Part shown: piece after piece, positions 57,445-64,000 of the stretch
How positions within the stretch are numbered: the stretch's first letter is position 1
How the letters are laid out: each line of letters begins with the position of its first letter
NCBI GenBank assembly: GCA_040767085.1
Contig: JAXGPF010000005.1
Span: 128,001 to 192,000 of the forward strand
DNA from: Kiritimatiellia bacterium
GTDB lineage: Bacteria; Verrucomicrobiota; Kiritimatiellia; JAAZAB01
DNA length: 64,000 nucleotides
Direction of reading: 5' to 3'
Program-made: the position numbers and the translations under genes
The notes under the pieces: generated by a model
Seen by the model: only the letters and a program-made list of their open reading frames with translations
Databases searched by the model: none
Told to the model about the DNA's origin: nothing

Positions 57445-59934
57445 ATGACCAAAACGCTCATCATTGCCGAAAAACCCTCCGTAGCGGCGGATATCGCCAA
57501 GGCGCTTGGCGGATTCAAACGCGAAAAAGACTATTTCGAAAGCGAACGCTACGTCCTTTCGTCCGCCGTCGGACATTTGCTGGAAATCCATCCGCCGGAT
57601 GGCTGCGAGGCTCCGCGCGGCAAGTGGAAGTTCGAAAATCTGCCGGTGATCCCGCCGCATTTCGATTTACAGCCGATCGAAAAGACCGCCGCGCGCCTGA
57701 AACTGCTGTTGCGCCTCATCCGCCGCAAGGACGTCGGCGGCCTGATCAACGCCTGCGACGCCGGCCGGGAAGGCGAACTTATTTTCCGGCATATTGCGCA
57801 ATATGCCAAGACCAAACTCCCCATTCAGCGCCTGTGGCTCCAATCCATGACGCCCGGCGCCATCCGCGAGGGTTTCGAGCGCCTGCGCGACGGCGTCGAA
57901 CTCCAGCCGCTGGCCAATGCCGCCGCCTGCCGGGCCGCGGCGGACTGGCTGGTGGGCATCAACGGCACGCGCGCCATGACGGCTTTCAATTCGCGCCTGG
58001 GCGGATTCCACCTGACCACCGTCGGCCGGGTGCAGACTCCCACGCTGGCCATCGTGGTGGAGCGCGAGGAAAAAATAAAAAAATTCATCCCGCGCGATTA
58101 CTGGGAAGTCCTGGCCACATTCCGCGCCGCCGCCGGCGAATATGCCGGGCGCTGGTTCGACCCGGCGTTCAGCAAAAATCCCAACGATGAAGAAGCGCGG
58201 GCCGAACGGCTCTGGGACCGCGCGCGGGCCGAGGGTATCCAGGCAAAGTGCGCCGGCCAGCCGGCTACGGTCTCCGAGGAATCCAAACCCACCACCCAGT
58301 TATCGCCTCTGCTCTTCGACCTGACCAGCCTGCAGCGCGAGGCCAATTCCCGCTTCGGATTCTCCGCCCGGCGCACACTGCAGATCGCCCAGGCGCTCTA
58401 TGAAAAATACAAGGTGTTGACCTATCCCCGCACGGATTCCCGCGCCCTGCCCGAAGATTATCAGGCCACTGTCCGCCAGGTGCTGGCCAAGCTCGGCGAC
58501 GGAGCATACGGCCAGTTGGCGTCCGCCATCCTGCAGAACGGCTGGGTCAAGCCCAACCGCCGGATTTTCAACAACGCCAAGATTTCCGACCATTTTGCGA
58601 TCATCCCCACCATCCAGCCGGCGGGAAACCTGCCGGAGGACGACCGCCGGATTTATGACCTGGTTACCCGGCGGTTCCTGGCGGTGTTTTACCCCGCGGC
58701 CGAATACCTGGTCACCACCCGCATCACCACGGCCGCGGGCGAAAACTTTAAAAGCGAAGGCAAGGTCCTGGTCAAGCCCGGCTGGCTCGAGGTTTACGGA
58801 CGCGCCCTGCCGGCGGACGACGCCGCGCCCAACCTGGCGCCGGTCGCCCCGGGTGAAACCGTGCAGACCATCGGCGTGGAGGTCAAGGGATTGCAGACCC
58901 GCCCCCCAGCGCGTTTCACCGAAGCCACGCTGCTCTCCGCCATGGAAGGCGCGGGCAAACTGGTGGACGACGAGGAATTGCGCGAGGCCATGCTGGCCAA
59001 GGGGTTGGGCACTCCCGCCACCCGCGCCGCGATTATCGAAGGGCTGTTGTATGAACGTTACCTGGTGCGCCAAGGCCGCGAATTGCAGCCGACCGCCAAG
59101 GCGTTTTCGCTGATCGCCCTCCTGCGCGGCTTGTCGGTCCCGGAACTCTGCTCGCCGGAACTGACCGGCAACTGGGAATTCCAGCTCAAGCAGATCGAGC
59201 GCGCCCAGCTCGATCATGAAAAATTCATGCAGGAGATTGCCGCCATGACCCGGCGCATCGTGGACAAGGCCAAAAGCTTCGAGCACGACACCATCCCCGG
59301 CGATTTCGGTGTTCTGAAAACGCCCTGCCCGAAATGCGGCGGCGCGGTCCATGAAAATTACAAGAAATTTCAATGCCAGGCCTGCGATTTCAGTTGCTGG
59401 AAAACCCTGGCTGGCCGGCAATTCGAAATCGCCGAGATGGAGGAGTTGCTCGCCAAGCGGACGGTCGGGCCCCTGGAAAATTTCCGTAACCAGCGCGGCC
59501 GCACTTTCAGCGCAGTCGTGCGCATGGATGACGAATTGAAAATCTCCTTCGATTTCGGCCAATCCAACGCCGCTCCCGCCGAGGCCGCCGATTTCTCCGG
59601 GCAGGAGCCGCTGGGCCGGTGCCCGAAGTGCGGCGCCGGCGTTTACGCCAACGGCCGCGTATACATCTGCGAGAAAGCCGCCACCGCGCCGCCCGCCTGT
59701 GATTTCCGCACTGGCGCCGTCATCCTTAAAAAAGCGATCGAGCCGGCGCAGGTCGGCAAGCTCCTCGCCACCGGCCGCACCGACCTGATTCAGGGGTTTA
59801 TCTCCAAGAAAAACCGGCCGTTCAAAGCGTTCCTGGTCCTGCAAGACGGCCAGGTGAAGTTTGAATTCGAACCCCGGCGCCCGAAAAAATCCGCCGGCCC
59901 GGCCGCGGCGGCGGCGTCCAAACCCAAGACGTAA
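57445..59934 (+). CDS. topB: DNA topoisomerase III (type IA)
   Basis: IAEKPSVA, NACDAGREGELIF, GRVQTPTL, TYPRTDS, GLGTPATRA and C-terminal zinc ribbons. Confidence 0.94.
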   Translation: MTKTLIIAEKPSVAADIAKALGGFKREKDYFESERYVLSSAVGHLLEIHPPDGCEAPRGKWKFENLPVIPPHFDLQPIEKTAARLKLLLRLIRRKDVGGLINACDAGREGELIFRHIAQYAKTKLPIQRLWLQSMTPGAIREGFERLRDGVELQPLANAAACRAAADWLVGINGTRAMTAFNSRLGGFHLTTVGRVQTPTLAIVVEREEKIKKFIPRDYWEVLATFRAAAGEYAGRWFDPAFSKNPNDEEARAERLWDRARAEGIQAKCAGQPATVSEESKPTTQLSPLLFDLTSLQREANSRFGFSARRTLQIAQALYEKYKVLTYPRTDSRALPEDYQATVRQVLAKLGDGAYGQLASAILQNGWVKPNRRIFNNAKISDHFAIIPTIQPAGNLPEDDRRIYDLVTRRFLAVFYPAAEYLVTTRITTAAGENFKSEGKVLVKPGWLEVYGRALPADDAAPNLAPVAPGETVQTIGVEVKGLQTRPPARFTEATLLSAMEGAGKLVDDEELREAMLAKGLGTPATRAAIIEGLLYERYLVRQGRELQPTAKAFSLIALLRGLSVPELCSPELTGNWEFQLKQIERAQLDHEKFMQEIAAMTRRIVDKAKSFEHDTIPGDFGVLKTPCPKCGGAVHENYKKFQCQACDFSCWKTLAGRQFEIAEMEELLAKRTVGPLENFRNQRGRTFSAVVRMDDELKISFDFGQSNAAPAEAADFSGQEPLGRCPKCGAGVYANGRVYICEKAATAPPACDFRTGAVILKKAIEPAQVGKLLATGRTDLIQGFISKKNRPFKAFLVLQDGQVKFEFEPRRPKKSAGPAAAAASKPKT

Positions 59935-59939
59935 TTGCT

Positions 59940-59968
59940 TTGACAGGCGCGGGTTTTGCTTTTATGCT
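59940..59968 (+). promoter_or_regulatory. Sigma70-type promoter
   Basis: TTGACA-17 bp-TATGCT upstream of ATG 59992. Confidence 0.7.
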
Positions 59969-59991
59969 ACCCGCGTAACCAAGAGGTGCAT

Positions 59992-60621
59992 ATGTCGGCG
60001 ATCAGCGAATTGATCGTGCGCGAATATTTCGAAGCTCTGGGCTACCAGGTCTGCCAGCCATGCAAACACCTGGTGGGCGGCCGCGCCAAGCGCCCGGAGG
60101 AGGAAGCCGACCTGCTGATTCGGCATCCCGGCATCGCCGAAACGCGCATCCCCGCGCACGTTTTATGGACGGCGGAAGACCTGCGGAACATCGGCCAGGC
60201 GGTCGTCTGCATCTACGGCTGGCATGCCGAGCGCATCTACCCGGCCATGCTGGAAAACCTGCCGGAAATCGTGCGCTTTGCCGCGCCGGAAGCCCTGCGC
60301 GCCGCCCACCGCAACCTGGGATCCGACCAGGCGGCCACGATCTTGTGCCTGCCGAAGTTGCCGGCTTCCGCCGAATTGAAGCAGCGGCTGTTAAGCCAGT
60401 TGCGGGAAAAAGGCGTCCATGGCGTGCTGGGATTCCGGAACATCCTGCAGACGCTGATCCACCGGGTGGACCCCGCCAAGAATTACGATAAATCCGATGT
60501 CCTGCAAATGATCCGCATTTTGAAGATTTACGATTTGCTGCAATCATCGCAACTGGAATTATTCGCCCGCCGTCAACCGCGCCGGCGGCGCAAGGGAGCA
60601 GCGGACCTTGGACGCGCATGA
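59992..60621 (+). CDS. Hypothetical protein, possible restriction-endonuclease-like fold
   Basis: GAGG RBS; ELIVREYFEALGYQV...EADLLI pattern; overlaps the dprA start. Confidence 0.7.
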   Translation: MSAISELIVREYFEALGYQVCQPCKHLVGGRAKRPEEEADLLIRHPGIAETRIPAHVLWTAEDLRNIGQAVVCIYGWHAERIYPAMLENLPEIVRFAAPEALRAAHRNLGSDQAATILCLPKLPASAELKQRLLSQLREKGVHGVLGFRNILQTLIHRVDPAKNYDKSDVLQMIRILKIYDLLQSSQLELFARRQPRRRRKGAADLGRA

Positions 60622-61729
60622 GGCATACGTTGCGTTGAACATGATGGAGGGCGTCGGACCGGTCAGCGTCCAGGCGCTGGTGGCGGCGCTGGGAACTCCC
60701 GGGGCCATCTGGGAGGCGGACCGGCCAACCCTGCTGGAGGTGCCAGGCATCGGCCCCGGCCTGGCGGATAAAATCCTGCGTCAGCGGAACCAGCTTGACC
60801 CGCAGAATGAAATCCGGCGCGCCGCGCAATTGGGCGCGGTGCTGATTACCCCCGCCGATCCCGGTTACCCGCCCGCCCTGACCCAGATTCATGACCCGCC
60901 CCTGGCTTTATACGTCCGGGGTGAGTTGCGGACAAGCGACCGGCATGCGTTGGCCATCGTCGGCACCCGTCATCCCAGTATTTACGGACGGGAGACCGCG
61001 GCGCGGCTCTCCGCGCAGCTGGCGCGCTCCGGCTGGACGGTCGTCAGCGGACTGGCGCGCGGCATTGACACCGCCGCCCATGCCGCCGCCTTGACCGCCG
61101 GCGGCCGGACCCTCGCCGTCTTAGGCGGCGGCCTGGCGCATGTTTATCCCCCGGAGAACCAACCGCTGGCCGAGCGCATTGCCGCCGCCCAGGGGGCCGT
61201 CATCTCCGAATTCCCGCTCAGCCGGGTTCCCGACCGGACGACTTTCCCCATGCGCAACCGGATTGTCAGCGGATTGGCGCGGGGAGTGCTGGTGGTCGAA
61301 GCCGGGCGGCAAAGCGGCGCGCTGATCACCGCCAACCAGGCGCTCGATCAGGGGCGCAGCGTCATGGCCGTGCCCGGCCGGGTGGACTCGCCCGGCTCCC
61401 GCGGCACTCACGCCTTGATCAAAAACGGCGCCCGGCTGGTGGAAGACCTGGAAGACATCCTGGCGGAATTCGAATTCTTGTTCCCGCGGCGTCCGCAACC
61501 GGCCGCGCCGGATACGGACCCCGCGCCAGACGCGCCGGACGGCCTGCCGGAGGAAGAACGCCGCATCCTGGCCGCCTTGCATCCGGAAGAGCAGGATTTT
61601 GACGCGCTGATCCGGCAGACCGGCATCCCGGCGGCCCGCCTGAACGCCCTGCTGCTCACGATGGAAATGAAGCGGCTGGTCAAGGTGCTGCCCGGCCGCC
61701 TGGTGGCGGCGACCCGGCAACGCGTCTGA
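60608..61729 (+). CDS. dprA: DNA-processing protein DprA (SAM-SLOG-wHTH)
   Basis: DPPLALY, AIVGTR, VVSGLARGIDTAAH, FPMRNRIVSGL, VEAGRQSGALITA and LIKNGA; TTG start. Confidence 0.96.
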   Translation: MDAHEAYVALNMMEGVGPVSVQALVAALGTPGAIWEADRPTLLEVPGIGPGLADKILRQRNQLDPQNEIRRAAQLGAVLITPADPGYPPALTQIHDPPLALYVRGELRTSDRHALAIVGTRHPSIYGRETAARLSAQLARSGWTVVSGLARGIDTAAHAAALTAGGRTLAVLGGGLAHVYPPENQPLAERIAAAQGAVISEFPLSRVPDRTTFPMRNRIVSGLARGVLVVEAGRQSGALITANQALDQGRSVMAVPGRVDSPGSRGTHALIKNGARLVEDLEDILAEFEFLFPRRPQPAAPDTDPAPDAPDGLPEEERRILAALHPEEQDFDALIRQTGIPAARLNALLLTMEMKRLVKVLPGRLVAATRQRV

Positions 61730-61996
61730 TCTCAGCCGCAACCCGCCAACGCCACGAAAACTGCGCTTGCCGGCGACCTTAAGTTTCTGATTGACAGTTC
61801 CGCCGGCATTGCACTATTTTATCCATATAGTAAATATGCATGCAATTGCATGAAGCAAATTGGAAGGAGGTGTTGCCCGGATTACCAGCCCGTTCTGGCG
61901 CAAGTGCAGCCGGAACAAAATATCCGGCCGGCACTCAACCGGTCGGCAGTCTACGAACGAATCGTTTTTCAATCAAAAACGGGAGTTAGTGATCAG

Positions 61997-62518
61997 ATGA
62001 AAAAAATTATCGGCAGTGCAATGGCAATTGGATTGGCGACATCCATGGCGTTCGGCGCCATGCTGAATCAAGGCACGCGTGAACTGGGTATTGCCGGCGA
62101 ACTCGACCGCGACACGGCGGCCGGCGAAGTCAGTTTCGGCCAGTTCATCATGGACGGGCTGATTCTCGGCGTCGGCGCCATGGGCGCCTACCAGGACTAT
62201 GGCGATGTTGACTCCAAGACCTATGGCGCCAAGGTGTTCGCGCAGTACCACCTGGACATGGCCAGCCCCTTGGTGCCGTTCGCCGGCGCGGCCGGCGGCG
62301 TGCAATACGCCAAGATCGAAATGGATGATGCCGGATCGGACTCGGAGACGGGCTGGATGGGCGAATTGCAATTGGGCGTGAAGACCTTCATCGCCAACAA
62401 CATTGCCATCGCCACTTACGGCTTCTTCGATTTTTCCAACAAGGAAATTTATTCCGACAAGGATGAAATGGAAAAAACCAACTGGGGCCTGCGCATCGGC
62501 ATGAACAGTTATTTCTAA
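61997..62518 (+). CDS. Small outer-membrane beta-barrel protein
   Basis: Signal peptide, alternating beta-strands and terminal Tyr-Phe. Confidence 0.8.
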   Translation: MKKIIGSAMAIGLATSMAFGAMLNQGTRELGIAGELDRDTAAGEVSFGQFIMDGLILGVGAMGAYQDYGDVDSKTYGAKVFAQYHLDMASPLVPFAGAAGGVQYAKIEMDDAGSDSETGWMGELQLGVKTFIANNIAIATYGFFDFSNKEIYSDKDEMEKTNWGLRIGMNSYF

Positions 62519-62543
62519 ACCATCCCTCCTGATCGGAACTGAC

Positions 62544-62579
62544 AACCCGCGGACGGCCCGGCCGTCCGCGGGTTTTTTT
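62544..62579 (+). terminator. Rho-independent terminator
   Basis: 12-bp stem CCCGCGGACGGC/GCCGTCCGCGGG followed by T7. Confidence 0.9.
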
Positions 62580-62751
62580 GCGCCCTGCCGCGGCGCTGGT
62601 TTTCCCGGGCTGGCAAGCCGGCCGATCGTCCAAAAACGAGCAGGAACGCGGCATGCATGATTGACCTTGAAAGGTGTTTGCGGCGGAAATCCGATCTTCC
62701 CTGTTTTCAATTGCTTATATCAATTTTTGAATTTCAAATGCCGGATTTAGG

Positions 62752-62780
62752 TTGACATCGCCCGCGGCTTAAACGATACT
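62752..62780 (+). promoter_or_regulatory. Sigma70-type promoter
   Basis: TTGACA-17 bp-GATACT upstream of the NUDIX gene. Confidence 0.6.
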
Positions 62781-62828
62781 TTTACGGCATAACAGCGCAT
62801 TCCTGGGAATGCGCTGGTTGACCAGAAA

Positions 62829-63392
62829 ATGCCTGAAAAAACCGTCAAGTTAAAGCGGATTTTCTCCGGGCGCCTGCTGCGGCTGGATGTCGTGGAAGTG
62901 GCCCTGGCAGACGGCCGAACCGGCCGCCGTGAAATCGTCCGACACCCCGGCGCCGTGGCAGTCTGGCTGATTGCGCCGGACGGCCGGGCGGTGCTGGTGC
63001 GCCAATACCGCAAGGCGGTGGGCCGGTTCCTGCTGGAAGCGGTGGCCGGCACCCGCGAACCGGGCGAGTCCGCCGCCGCCTGCGCCATCCGCGAAGTGCG
63101 CGAGGAAACCGGCTATGCGATTGCATCCGTCATCCCCCTGGGGCGTATCTATACCGCCCCGGGATTCTGCAACGAAAAAATTGACCTGTTTTATGCGCGG
63201 GCTGGCCGGGCGCCGGGCGCCGGACGGCCGGATTTCGATGAAAAAATAAGCGTGCGGCATGTGACGATGGCGCAATTTGCCGGCCTGGCCGCCCGGGGCG
63301 CGGTGCAGGATGCCAAGACCCTGGCGGCCTGGAGCCTGGCGCGGGCGCGCATACCGCCACCGCGCGGCGATGACAAAGGAAGGCGTTCATGA
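62829..63392 (+). CDS. NUDIX hydrolase (ADP-ribose pyrophosphatase-like)
   Basis: REIVRHPGAV, LVRQYR, Nudix box AGTREPGE...AIREVREETG, TAPGF and DAKT. Confidence 0.92.
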   Translation: MPEKTVKLKRIFSGRLLRLDVVEVALADGRTGRREIVRHPGAVAVWLIAPDGRAVLVRQYRKAVGRFLLEAVAGTREPGESAAACAIREVREETGYAIASVIPLGRIYTAPGFCNEKIDLFYARAGRAPGAGRPDFDEKISVRHVTMAQFAGLAARGAVQDAKTLAAWSLARARIPPPRGDDKGRRS

Positions 63393-64000
63393 AATTTTTC
63401 AAGCGCGTTTACCGTTTTTTTTCCGAAGGCATCTGGGATATTGAACTCAGCGCGTTGCCGCTGGTGCCGCGCTGGGGAGTCAACATCGTGCGGGTGCTGC
63501 ACCTGGTTTACAACGGTTTCCGCGACAACGAATGCCCCTTGCACGCCTCCGCCCTGACCTACAGCTCGCTCATGGCGGTGGTGCCGACAATGGCCCTGGC
63601 GTTGTCGGTCCTGCGGGGTTTGGGCGCGGGCGAATGGGCGGAAAATTACATTAAGTCCGGCATCAGTTCCATGCCGGCGCAGTTCCAGGAGTTCGTGGTG
63701 AACGTGTTGAGCTATGTGCGCAACACCAACTTCGCCACGCTCGGCGGAATCGGACTGGCGCTGCTGCTCTGGATCGTCGTTCAGGTGATCGGCCAGGTGG
63801 AGATGTCTTTCAATCGCGTCTGGGGCGTTCATGCCGCGCGGCCGTTGCTGCGCAAGTTCTCCGATTACCTGAGCGTGCTGATGGTGGTGCCGGTGCTGAT
63901 GATCACCGCCACGACCATCAACACTACGCTGAACAGCGCCATGATGTCCGGCTTGCTGCAAAGCCGGCTGGGATTGATGCACGCCTGGTATCTGCGCGCC
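63389..64000 (+). CDS. YihY/BrkB-family membrane protein (partial, runs off window end)
   Basis: Manual translation from ATG 63389 (ATGA overlap): HASALTYSSLMAVVP...VEMSFNRVWGV...LRKFSDY. Confidence 0.88.
   Translation, partial: MKFFKRVYRFFSEGIWDIELSALPLVPRWGVNIVRVLHLVYNGFRDNECPLHASALTYSSLMAVVPTMALALSVLRGLGAGEWAENYIKSGISSMPAQFQEFVVNVLSYVRNTNFATLGGIGLALLLWIVVQVIGQVEMSFNRVWGVHAARPLLRKFSDYLSVLMVVPVLMITATTINTTLNSAMMSGLLQSRLGLMHAWYLRA

Noticed and set aside
58300-59844. 514-aa minus-strand ORF
   Set aside because: Antisense shadow of topB.

Overview
High-GC bacterial chromosomal window, most consistent with the PVC superphylum (Kiritimatiellae/Verrucomicrobiota-like; inferred from gene content and repeat families). 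It is mostly housekeeping and envelope genes: a lower-GC carbohydrate cluster (partial CBM9-like/GH gene, PL8 lyase, AraC), MFS, birA, MATE, a moxR-DUF58-bat operon, a Gld-like ABC operon, hsp20, ispF, tpx, a LarA-family gene, a radical SAM gene, rpoN, der, malic enzyme, tRNA-Glu, nagB, arnT-arnB-arnC, topB, dprA and yihY. Two accessory spots stand out. (1) ~11.7-14.6 kb holds a patchwork of repeats, a helically phased TGAAACG array and a deletion scar joining the start of a helicase gene to the end of a restriction-modification methyltransferase gene. These are followed by an apparently intact REP-associated tyrosine transposase (RAYT) fused to a DprA/SLOG-like domain, carrying six in-frame palindromes, and then a stand-alone paralogous SLOG gene. 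This is the best candidate for an undescribed system. (2) 42.75-44.65 kb holds three independent insertions (two MITE-like elements and an IS1202-family IS, each with its own target duplication) within one 30-bp target. Also notable: a sigma54 promoter with paired enhancer-like dyads upstream of a membrane-anchored Hsp20, and a strong Thr-Asn bias in exported proteins. No CRISPR array, rRNA or integrase was seen. All family assignments come from motif recognition by eye, not from database searches.
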